Shown: piece after piece, positions 56,130-64,000 of the stretch | Numbering within the stretch: position 1 is the first letter of the stretch | How the letters are laid out: each line of letters begins with the position of its first letter | DNA from: a virus | Virus record (IMG/VR): IMGVR_UViG_3300048502_000040 | Coordinates: 23,901 to 87,900 of that record | DNA length: 64,000 nucleotides | Reading direction: 5' to 3' (one strand) | Made by a program: the position numbers and the translations under genes | The notes under the pieces: generated by a model | Seen by the model: only the letters and a program-made list of their open reading frames with translations | What the model was told of the DNA's origin: nothing | Database searches by the model: none

Positions 56130-56267
56130 CTATTTCGTTGCCGGGAACACATGGTTCCCACAGGTACATTGCAACACGCTGGTGGCTTTCTTGTTCACCA
56201 CGCGGCCATGCACGTCGTCCGGGTCAACCCCGAAAGTACGCTTGCATTTGCTGCAAGAAATTTCCAT
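56130..56267 (-). CDS. 45-aa Zn-ribbon protein (not in ORF track)
   Basis: MEISCSKCKRTFG..LQCTCGNHVFPATK*; TAATG coupling to scaffold. Confidence 0.65.
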   Translation of the reverse strand: MEISCSKCKRTFGVDPDDVHGRVVNKKATSVLQCTCGNHVFPATK

Positions 56268-57349
56268 TACTTCTTCTTTCCGCGTCCGGCTTCGAGCTTG
56301 TCAACCTTGCCCGCGAAGTCGCGCTCCGTCTTGAGGCGGTGCTTGTAAATCTCGGAAGGCATCCGGTCGATTGCCTGTAGGCCCGTCCATCGACGAACTT
56401 GGCCGCCCGGCAGGGCTTCCTCGTAAACGATGTCGTCGCCTGCGGTTCGCGCTGGGATAACTCCCGGTGCGGATGCGTTGTCGCGTGTTAGACCACTTCC
56501 AATACCCGCACGGGGTGTGGGCGGAGGAGGCGGCGGTGGTTCAACCACCACTGGTTCGGGCGCTGGCGGAGGCACCACTACTGGCGCTGGAGGAGTAATA
56601 ACTACCTCGGGCGGCGGCGGCGCGGGGGCTTCGATGAGGACGCCAGCGGCTTTGAGTGTGACATAAGCCTTCTGGAAGTTCTCACGTACCGGGGCGAGTT
56701 TGTAGCGTACGAGCCAGCTTGTGATGGCTACGCCGTTCTCTTCGCACCGATAGAAGTCCGGGTTAGAGTTCATGAACGCTTCGGATTCGGCAAACGCCTT
56801 CTGGCGATAGCTCTCCTGCTGAAGCTGATTGACGGTGTTCGCAAGTACTGTCGGCTTTGCTCCGATGCGGGCTTCGAGCAACTCGTCTGCTGCTTGGTCG
56901 AAGGTGTCGGGATCGAGAAGATCACGGGACAGCTTTGCACGTTGCTCCTGCGTCAGATCACGCGGCTTGAACTCCACGGCGGGCGTGTAGCGCGGCGCTG
57001 TGTCGGCGATCTCCTCGTCATTCGTGATGCCGAGGCGATTGTTGCGCGTCTCCAGACGGAGCTTGCGCAGAAGCAGAATGCTGTTGTCGCGGAGCTTGTC
57101 AGCAAGCTCTTCGGGAGTGCTGTACTTGATGACTTGCTCTCCACCCATCGGGCGTCCAGCTTCATCTTTGGGCTGATAGCGATATTCCAAAACTACAGGT
57201 TCTAGAGCCTGTTCGATGGCAGGAATTGCTTCTACGCTTGGCGCTGTATCTGACACCGATTCAAGAGGAGTAACTCCGTCAGGCTGAAGCCCTGCCTGTG
57301 CGAGTAAAGCAATTTCCTCCGGGGAACGCTGTTCAATTTCTATGGTCAT
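56267..57349 (-). CDS. capsid scaffolding protein
   Basis: Acidic, helical, Pro-rich linker; between portal and capsid. Confidence 0.7.
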   Translation of the reverse strand: MTIEIEQRSPEEIALLAQAGLQPDGVTPLESVSDTAPSVEAIPAIEQALEPVVLEYRYQPKDEAGRPMGGEQVIKYSTPEELADKLRDNSILLLRKLRLETRNNRLGITNDEEIADTAPRYTPAVEFKPRDLTQEQRAKLSRDLLDPDTFDQAADELLEARIGAKPTVLANTVNQLQQESYRQKAFAESEAFMNSNPDFYRCEENGVAITSWLVRYKLAPVRENFQKAYVTLKAAGVLIEAPAPPPPEVVITPPAPVVVPPPAPEPVVVEPPPPPPPTPRAGIGSGLTRDNASAPGVIPARTAGDDIVYEEALPGGQVRRWTGLQAIDRMPSEIYKHRLKTERDFAGKVDKLEAGRGKKK

Positions 57350-57741
57350 TTATGTGCGCCCTCCAGCGCGTCATCCTCTCGGTACTCGCCGAGAAGGTTT
57401 GGTACATCGCTCGATGCGATCTCGCCGAGGTCAAGTAGACCCTCTGTAGAATCGCCTACGGTCTCAGTCTGCCCTTCCTTGCTTCGCGCTACCGCTACGG
57501 TCAACTCTAAGTTGATGCGGTCGGCCATGCCCTGATAAATCTGGGCTGCCGTCTTCGATTGCACGAAGCGGGCGTAGGCCAGCTTCTCATCCTCCACAGG
57601 AGTGTTCATGTGTGCTACCACGAACTTGTCTACTTCACTCCGCAAGATTTTGTGGATAATCTTGAAGCCGGGCGTTGCGCATGTTTGCGCTAACTCTCCG
57701 CGCTCGAAGTCGGTCAGTTCAATTACTGGTTCAAATGCCAT
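57346..57741 (-). CDS. hypothetical head-morphogenesis protein
   Basis: GAGGA RBS; typical small gene after portal. Confidence 0.65.
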   Translation of the reverse strand: MAFEPVIELTDFERGELAQTCATPGFKIIHKILRSEVDKFVVAHMNTPVEDEKLAYARFVQSKTAAQIYQGMADRINLELTVAVARSKEGQTETVGDSTEGLLDLGEIASSDVPNLLGEYREDDALEGAHK

Positions 57742-58129
57742 GTTCCTCGCCTTCCATGTAGCGAACAACCGCTTTCAGTTCTTCCAGCGGGTACGCACAT
57801 TTGATCGTGTTTGCTCTGTGAGAAATAACGCGGATGTTATCCTTCGTGTACCCCTTAGAGTTGTCGAAACGATCAATGGATGGAGAGTTGAACTTGTCTC
57901 CGCCTAGTTGCAGCGGTATACCAAGTACAGGACAGGTATAGGGCACTACAACATCTTGCTCAACAAGATCAAATGGTATGCCCTTTTTACTAGCTCGATA
58001 ACGAGCCTTTCCTAGCAAGTATCTTGCCGGGTTGGACACTCTCCACGTCTTAGAATAGTCAGGATGAAGCTCCCTATGCTTCTTATTGTCAGCCTTTACC
58101 TTTTCCGAATCTCTGAACCTAGTTGCCAT
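57731..58129 (-). CDS. HNH-like homing endonuclease (CPVLG..SPSID family)
   Basis: CPVLG..SPSIDRFDNSKGYTKDNIRVISHRAN. Confidence 0.8.
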   Translation of the reverse strand: MATRFRDSEKVKADNKKHRELHPDYSKTWRVSNPARYLLGKARYRASKKGIPFDLVEQDVVVPYTCPVLGIPLQLGGDKFNSPSIDRFDNSKGYTKDNIRVISHRANTIKCAYPLEELKAVVRYMEGEEHGI

Positions 58130-58149
58130 TGCGCTCCCATGATGAGGAA

Positions 58150-58239
58150 TTTTTGTTTACGCCGGAATCTCATCCAAACCGGACTTATAAGCAATTTGAG
58201 TGTTTTTGTTACGCCGGAACACCCAAAACCGGACAGTTA
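58150..58239. repeat. imperfect ~38-bp tandem direct repeat
   Basis: TTTTTGTTTACGCCGGAATCTCATCCAAACCGGACTTATA versus TTTTTGTTACGCCGGAACACCCAAAACCGGACAGTTA. Confidence 0.7.
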
Positions 58240-58304
58240 GACGAGGCGGGCACAGTGCCCTGTACGCCTTGGTGACCCGGCTGAACGGGTCGCCTCATCT
58301 ATCT

Positions 58305-60413
58305 TTACTGGACGCTAGGCTGCATTCCTTCAAGTCCACCGCTTGCGGGAGTGCCCTCAGTTGCCTCGCTCATACCGTTGTCTCGGAACGCCTCGCGTAC
58401 GATGTCGCGCCGGATACGGTTATCAGTTGCCTGATCTTCAAGCTGGGACTTCTGCTGAAACTTCTGCTGGTTGGATTGCTGAGTTACTGCTGCCTTCGAT
58501 TGCGCTTGCGCCTGCTGCGACTGAGCCTGCTGCTTGGCCTTCATCTCAGGGGTGAGTGGCTTGATGATGTCGTTTTTGTTCTTCCACTCAGAGGCTTCCA
58601 TCCACATCGAAACGATGGGCTTGAAGTCGATGTACTCGCCGTTGATCTCAGCGAGGTTCTGCTGAATGGCGGGGTTCTCGAAAATCTGGGTGATGAGGGT
58701 CAACGACTGCGCCATCGTCCGCTTCGCGGCGAGGCTTGATCCAGCCAATACTTCGTACTCGATACGGGCCTTGTGGAAGGCGTCTAGGTCGAGTTCGTAA
58801 TCCTTGCTCATCTCGTCGCCGAGGATTGCACTGATCTCAGCGTCGGACAGGTACCGCATGATTAGATCGTCGAGGATGTACAAGAACGGCTTGAACACCT
58901 GTTCGATGAAGTTGTCGAGCGGGCCATCGAGTCGAGTTGCACTCGCGCCAGCCAGCAGGCTTGCCCCGCCCGCCGTGCGCCCCATTGAGCTACGCGGCCC
59001 TGCGGTGGAACCCTGCACAAGGGCTTGGTCTGCGCCTGATGCGCTTTCGGTCGCTGTCTCCGATTCCTTGAGTGCTGACCAGATGTCGCCGGGCACCTTG
59101 GGGGTGTCCATGAGCTTGTAAGCCTTTTCGACTTCTCCGTCAACGCTGAGAATCTTTCCGAGGCCAGTCCGAATCATCTGCGTGGGGTTATTGGTGTCCC
59201 TCTTGCGCAGGTAGATCGGGTTGACGCCGAACGACAGAATCTTGAGGATGGCGTTGATCGTTCCCTGATCGACACGTTGGTTCTGCCCGACGATGAGGCC
59301 GAGGCCCATGCCGTAGAACGCCTTCGGTCTATTCCACCAGTTCGCTGAAAGGAACGGGATGACGCCGAATGGATTGTCGCCAGAGAAGATTACCTTGGCA
59401 CGGTCGATGACCATGATCTTGCGCTTGCGATCCCAGTATTCCAGAACCTCTTTCTTTGCGAAGAGTACGTCCGGGGTTACCTCGATGCTAACTTTCTGCG
59501 CATGATACACAGCACCGTCGATGTAGGTTGCACCTTCACTCGAAAGCAACTGCGGGCCGCTGTCAGTAGGTGGCATCCACCACTGCTTCAACTCCTCCGA
59601 AGACTTCGGAAGATTCCAGCCCTTCTTGTCTGGGTGATCGTCCGGTAGCTCTGAGAGAGCTTCGCGGATCGTGTCCATTTCGTAAAAATTCAGGTAGCGA
59701 ACGTCTGCTACGAAGTCGGCCTGTCGGATGTCTCCAACCGGGCACTTAGGATCGACGAGGACGTGGCTCAGTGGCCGCGACTCAAAGAACGGGCGGGGTA
59801 CAACGCGCTCTGTTGTCGTGATCTTCGGTAGGTCGTCTGTAGGCAGTACGGTATTCGTTGGTGCGCCGTCCGGCCCGGTCGTCACGTTGGTAACCGTGGC
59901 TTGGCGCTTGGTCGTCACAACTTTCTTGTAGACGATGCCCCATTTCCAGATGCCAGTGCCGAGGCAAGCCATCTGTTCGAGTCCCCACTTCGTCTCCGTC
60001 TTGAAGCGGCATTCGTCGAGTAGGTAAGAGAACAGTGCGGATTTGCCGTCCACAACATCTTGGGTGGTGCCGGGGCGCGGGCGCAGCAGCATCGGAGGGT
60101 CGGCATAGAACAGGCCCTTGTAAAGCTGCGGCACTACCGCATTGCAAACCTTCGCCACAGTGAACCGTTGGACGTTCGGCTCAAGGACGTAGGTATTTTC
60201 GTAAACGGTCATCGGTCGTGGCGACTGGTACAGAAGGTCGGCATCGCGCCACAGGAGCGCCCACTGCTTGTTGGCGATCCACTCTTCTGCCTGCTTCGCA
60301 GAGCCTACGACTAGCGTCAGTTCAGCAGACTTGCTTGTCAAGTCGCCGCCCTTACCATAGTCGGCTGGCTGGAGTGACCCGCCTGCTATTCCGTCCTTCT
60401 CAATCTGTGCCAT
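58305..60413 (-). CDS. portal protein
   Basis: 702 aa directly after TerL; P22-like layout with Q-rich C-terminal barrel. Confidence 0.85.
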   Translation of the reverse strand: MAQIEKDGIAGGSLQPADYGKGGDLTSKSAELTLVVGSAKQAEEWIANKQWALLWRDADLLYQSPRPMTVYENTYVLEPNVQRFTVAKVCNAVVPQLYKGLFYADPPMLLRPRPGTTQDVVDGKSALFSYLLDECRFKTETKWGLEQMACLGTGIWKWGIVYKKVVTTKRQATVTNVTTGPDGAPTNTVLPTDDLPKITTTERVVPRPFFESRPLSHVLVDPKCPVGDIRQADFVADVRYLNFYEMDTIREALSELPDDHPDKKGWNLPKSSEELKQWWMPPTDSGPQLLSSEGATYIDGAVYHAQKVSIEVTPDVLFAKKEVLEYWDRKRKIMVIDRAKVIFSGDNPFGVIPFLSANWWNRPKAFYGMGLGLIVGQNQRVDQGTINAILKILSFGVNPIYLRKRDTNNPTQMIRTGLGKILSVDGEVEKAYKLMDTPKVPGDIWSALKESETATESASGADQALVQGSTAGPRSSMGRTAGGASLLAGASATRLDGPLDNFIEQVFKPFLYILDDLIMRYLSDAEISAILGDEMSKDYELDLDAFHKARIEYEVLAGSSLAAKRTMAQSLTLITQIFENPAIQQNLAEINGEYIDFKPIVSMWMEASEWKNKNDIIKPLTPEMKAKQQAQSQQAQAQSKAAVTQQSNQQKFQQKSQLEDQATDNRIRRDIVREAFRDNGMSEATEGTPASGGLEGMQPSVQ

Positions 60414-60426
60414 TCCTTGTTGCCTC

Positions 60427-62469
60427 CTACATCAGTCCTGCGTCAGCAAGAGGATCGGTTTGTGAAGAGCCGTCATCGTCGCGGAACTTCCTGCCGTTCT
60501 GCTCAAGTTGGTACTGGGTGGTCGGGTTGTCATCGCCCTGTATCTGCGAAGCGTTATACCTCGCGTACTGCCCAAGACCGTAGACTACTTGGTGCATGGC
60601 TGCGGCTTTCTGGTCGCTGACGTAATCCGTCTCTGCCGCCTGTGTCTTCGCTCCCATGTCCGCATACACACCGAACTGTTCGGCCAGTAGTGAAAGGGCC
60701 GACACAATGTCGTCGTGTGCGTCGTCGCTCGTTCCGGTGAACTTCTCAAGCTCGTTGTAAAGCTCGTTCAGTCCCTCGCACGAACTGAGGAAGTACATGC
60801 GCTCGTCGCCAAGCAGTCGGAGGACTGGCTTGGCCTTCATCGCTTTGGCTTTCGCCTTTGAGCCGAGTCCCAATGAGCAAAATTCGACGGGCACACTAAT
60901 CTGGAGGCGATTCATCTCGCGCTTCAGTTCTTGTCCCATCCACTTCACGCCCATCGAGTCCTCTATAACGATGCGTTTCGGTTTCCACATCTGTGCAACG
61001 CCCGCGATGACTGCGGGTAATTCGTACTCGTTGAATCGGCCCCTCTTCATGTTGATGATGAAGAAGCGACCGCCTGAAATCAGGCATGTGAGAATTACCG
61101 TGTAATCCGCCCAACTCTTTGTGGAGTAGGCAGTGTCAACGGTGGTCACCACGATTCCTTGTGGAGGAAGCTGATTGCCGGGAACGGTGCGCCGGATCAG
61201 AAGCTCTCGGGGAAACTTCACCTTGTGAAGCTGCCGAGGGTTGTTGAGGTACTTGATCGGGAAGGCGTCCGGCTCTGTCTGCCGTTCATTGTTCAGGAAC
61301 TCGAAGGTCAGTCGCTCAGGGAACCACAGTTCGTAGTCTTCCTTCTTCGCTTCTGCTTCGATCTTCCCAGCCTTCTTCGCGGCATCGGTGAACCACCAGC
61401 AAGCGCGGAGGTACACCTTCAACTTGACGGCGCTGTTGAAGCGGCCATCGTCCACTGCACCTACGATCAGGTGTGGGCTGCCCTCTTCCTTGGCGAAGAA
61501 CTCTTCCTGCTTGATACGCTTTCCGTAGTAGTCCTTCTCGTCGTACCACGTACCAATGATGTCCATGAACCCGTAAGGGTGAAGGGCACCACGGTTGATG
61601 CTGATCTGTTTGTTGATGCCCGCGATACGCTCTTGCGTCTTGCTGTTCTCGTTGGTCACAACGTCGTCGAGCTTGATGATGCCGTAGTGAGGCCCGGCCA
61701 ATGATTGCTCGATAGACCCTGCGCGAACGGTCGGCTCTTTGTCGTCTCCGCCAGCGGGCGTTTGAAATTCGTGCTGCGTCCCGGTGTCCGGGTTGATGCA
61801 GTGCTCAGGGAAGAGAATCTGAAAGTAGCTTGGTGACCAGTCCCCAGTGTCGTCGTCCAGCAGCTTCGCCGGGCCGAACGTCATCTTGCCCTTCTTGTCA
61901 AGCACACCCGCCTCTTCAAGAGTGAAGTGCTTCTTCAACTCCTTGATGAAGTCGCTGGCGAGGTCATAGACACCCGTCAGGATCAGGATGGTGATTGCCG
62001 GATAGCAGATGATCCACTGCACACAGTCGGCGATGTCGATGGAAGACTTGAACCCGCCGCGTGGAACGAGTAGCAGTCGTTCCTTCAGATCAGTGTACTG
62101 TGTTGCGAATTTTTCAAATGTGTTGAAAATTGGCTGCTTTGCCACAAAGAATTTGTTGCAGATGTCTTCATGCGTATTGACAGTTACTCTGTTGTACTTC
62201 TCCAGCAACTTACACAGAAAAAACAAATTCGTTTGTGACAGGTACCGTAGTCTCAAAAGCTCTTTCAGCGATTCTTGGTTTAGTTCTTCGCCATTGGCCT
62301 CTAAAGCGGTTTTCCAACTAGATGCTGCTTTGTTCTGTTGTGATGTTGGCAGCTTCTGGTAGCTTTTCAGGGAGTCCGAGTCGAACTGTACGTCGTCTGT
62401 ATCCCTAAACTGATAATTAGGATTGTGTCGGCACTCTGCGTACAACGTACGCATTTTTTCAATGTGCAT
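60427..62469 (-). CDS. terL: terminase large subunit
   Basis: GGAGG RBS, ATG 62469; LVPRGGFKSS (Walker A), IIKLDDV (Walker B), nuclease VDTAYS..DY and HDDIVSA. Confidence 0.9.
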   Translation of the reverse strand: MHIEKMRTLYAECRHNPNYQFRDTDDVQFDSDSLKSYQKLPTSQQNKAASSWKTALEANGEELNQESLKELLRLRYLSQTNLFFLCKLLEKYNRVTVNTHEDICNKFFVAKQPIFNTFEKFATQYTDLKERLLLVPRGGFKSSIDIADCVQWIICYPAITILILTGVYDLASDFIKELKKHFTLEEAGVLDKKGKMTFGPAKLLDDDTGDWSPSYFQILFPEHCINPDTGTQHEFQTPAGGDDKEPTVRAGSIEQSLAGPHYGIIKLDDVVTNENSKTQERIAGINKQISINRGALHPYGFMDIIGTWYDEKDYYGKRIKQEEFFAKEEGSPHLIVGAVDDGRFNSAVKLKVYLRACWWFTDAAKKAGKIEAEAKKEDYELWFPERLTFEFLNNERQTEPDAFPIKYLNNPRQLHKVKFPRELLIRRTVPGNQLPPQGIVVTTVDTAYSTKSWADYTVILTCLISGGRFFIINMKRGRFNEYELPAVIAGVAQMWKPKRIVIEDSMGVKWMGQELKREMNRLQISVPVEFCSLGLGSKAKAKAMKAKPVLRLLGDERMYFLSSCEGLNELYNELEKFTGTSDDAHDDIVSALSLLAEQFGVYADMGAKTQAAETDYVSDQKAAAMHQVVYGLGQYARYNASQIQGDDNPTTQYQLEQNGRKFRDDDGSSQTDPLADAGLM

Positions 62470-62485
62470 CAGCCCTCCAGCCGAT

Positions 62486-62617
62486 TTACTTCTTCTTGCC
62501 TGCGCGACGTTGAACGTCAAGCGCGATTGCGATTGCCTGCTTGCGAGGTTTGGTTTTCATTTCTGTAGCGATGTTTTTGCCGACCGCTTTCTTACTTTTA
62601 CTTTTGATGAGCGGCAT
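62486..62617 (-). CDS. 43-aa basic protein (not in ORF track)
   Basis: MPLIKSKSKKAVGKNIATEMKTKPRKQAIAIALDVQRRAGKKK*; resembles small basic peptides commonly seen near phage terminases. Confidence 0.7.
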   Translation of the reverse strand: MPLIKSKSKKAVGKNIATEMKTKPRKQAIAIALDVQRRAGKKK

Positions 62618-62619
62618 AA

Positions 62620-63147
62620 TTACCCCTTTTGAAGGTACTCAATAGCGGATTTCAAAACATCGACGCTATCTCGCAGGTTTCCTAAGCCAGTGTTGCATTT
62701 ATGGCAAAGAAGTCCGCGTATGCATTTACCACAAGTCTTAGCTCCGGGACAGCAGGAATGATCGTGGTCGATGTGTGGAGTTCTGGTGAATACCTGTTTG
62801 CATATAGCACAACAATTCCCTTGTTTTTCGATCATCGCTTGAAAAGAATCATTGGATAGTCCGTACTTCCTACGACGATGCCCCTTATTTGCCCGTTCGT
62901 TGGCCGGAATCTGACTACGCCTCGTAATCCCGCTACGCTTCGTATACGAGACATCAGGAGAGCAGCCGCAATGTTTACCTATTTTTACTCGACAAGTAGG
63001 GTATGACTTTTCATTACCACATTCACAGCGCACCCTCCAAAGGGAGCTTCCTAGCCTTCCACGATAAATTGGGGTTGGTAGTTTAGCTAAGACGGTGAGC
63101 ATTCCGAAAGTCTTACCCACCAGATCGATTGAATTCCAAGCAGACAT
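62620..63147 (-). CDS. EndoVII-type homing endonuclease
   Basis: GKTFGMLTV..CECG..CGC; QGNCCAIC..HIDHDH..IRGLLCHKCN..AIEYL. Confidence 0.85.
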   Translation of the reverse strand: MSAWNSIDLVGKTFGMLTVLAKLPTPIYRGRLGSSLWRVRCECGNEKSYPTCRVKIGKHCGCSPDVSYTKRSGITRRSQIPANERANKGHRRRKYGLSNDSFQAMIEKQGNCCAICKQVFTRTPHIDHDHSCCPGAKTCGKCIRGLLCHKCNTGLGNLRDSVDVLKSAIEYLQKG

Positions 63148-63342
63148 TTACTTTTTCCAAGACTCCATTGTTGAGGCAAAATTTGCCATATGGGCCAAAT
63201 GTTTATTGTCACTGTTCTTAGCCTTTGTCATTTTGTCGGCAGGAATCGGCTGTCCTTCAGGTACACCGAGAGCACGATGCAGTCCGCCGTGGTTCATCCC
63301 GGCAAGCGCTCGATGGAGCGAGTGGTTCTTCATAGTTGCCAT
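63148..63342 (-). CDS. small basic protein
   Basis: GGLHRALGVPEGQPIP..K..AKNS. Confidence 0.7.
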   Translation of the reverse strand: MATMKNHSLHRALAGMNHGGLHRALGVPEGQPIPADKMTKAKNSDNKHLAHMANFASTMESWKK

Positions 63343-63351
63343 GTATTTCTC

Positions 63352-63600
63352 CTATTTGGATTGAACCAAATTTCCCATGCGCTCTTCAGGCTGGGCAAAG
63401 TTTATACTAGTGCTAGAAGTATCCCGACCAAGATCGACCTTCTTCAACTGGGGCTTCACTGTGTTGTCTGCGGGAGGCTTAGGCATAGAGACTGCCTGCA
63501 ACTTACCAACAGCGGCTTCATGAGGGTTATCGCTGGAAGCGTTTCCCTTAGCGCCGTTCTGCGCTGCTGCCAATGCGCGGTGCATAGATGCCTCTGCCAT
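63352..63600 (-). CDS. hypothetical protein
   Basis: AAGGAG RBS. Confidence 0.6.
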   Translation of the reverse strand: MAEASMHRALAAAQNGAKGNASSDNPHEAAVGKLQAVSMPKPPADNTVKPQLKKVDLGRDTSSTSINFAQPEERMGNLVQSK

Positions 63601-63610
63601 GTGGGTCTCC

Positions 63611-63949
63611 TTACATCGCCATCGGCGGTGCGCCTGCGGCTGCGTTAGGCGCTGCGCCTGCGGCGGCCCCTGCCGCTGCGTCAGGCGGGGTTGCCGGGCC
63701 TGCTGGCCCTGTGTCGGCGGTCTCGCCGGGATTGGGTGTTCCGAGATTAGCCATCATGTGCGCAGCCATCTCGTCATCGCCGCGCTTGGTGTGCTTCTCC
63801 ATCGGGTGATGTTCGGGGTGCGTGTGGTGATGTTCGTGAATGGTGTCGCCGCTGGTCTTGGACTTGTACGACTTGATGTGGTCGATTTCTTTCTTCGGCT
63901 TCTCGCCGCCGCCCATATGGGATGCTACTTCGTGGTAAACGTGATCCAT
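63611..63949 (-). CDS. His/Ala/Pro-rich hypothetical protein
   Basis: AAGGAG RBS. Confidence 0.6.
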   Translation of the reverse strand: MDHVYHEVASHMGGGEKPKKEIDHIKSYKSKTSGDTIHEHHHTHPEHHPMEKHTKRGDDEMAAHMMANLGTPNPGETADTGPAGPATPPDAAAGAAAGAAPNAAAGAPPMAM

Positions 63950-64000
63950 CTAGTGCTCCTTCAGATATTCCACTGCTTTCAGAAGCAGTTCGGGCCGTTC
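63950..64000 (-). CDS. C-terminus of another EndoVII-type endonuclease (window edge)
   Basis: ERPELLLKAVEYLKEH*. Confidence 0.55.
   Translation of the reverse strand, partial: ERPELLLKAVEYLKEH

Overview
About 64 kb of a tailed dsDNA phage genome, probably most of it; both window ends fall inside genes. The architecture is podovirus-like: TerL, portal, scaffold, capsid, connectors, tail/fibre and ejection proteins, with no tape measure seen. The + strand (1-23040) carries replication, recombination and RNA-repair genes: PD-(D/E)XK nuclease, SSB-like protein, two different RNA ligases, SF2 helicase, primase-helicase, RecA, a kinase-like protein, a nucleotidyltransferase, a glucosaminidase, MazG and DHH. 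The - strand (64000-23152) carries morphogenesis, lysis and nucleotide/DNA-modification genes. The genome is heavily invaded by homing-endonuclease-like genes (about 15 intact or edge-truncated plus 4 scars), and the major capsid gene is split by a group I intron. The standout is at 25048-25766 (-). A non-canonical tRNA-Gly-like gene (8-nt anticodon loop, bulged T-stem, Gly identity elements, encoded CCA) is also the first 21 codons of a Mom-like adenine-hypermodification gene. Its acceptor stem supplies the Shine-Dalgarno, its D-loop supplies the AUG, and a near-consensus promoter places +1 at about tRNA G1. Because Mom has been reported to use Gly-tRNA-Gly as donor, this looks like a self-contained, possibly self-regulating donor-tRNA plus DNA-modifier cassette. 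All calls are from manual motif reading; no database searches were run.
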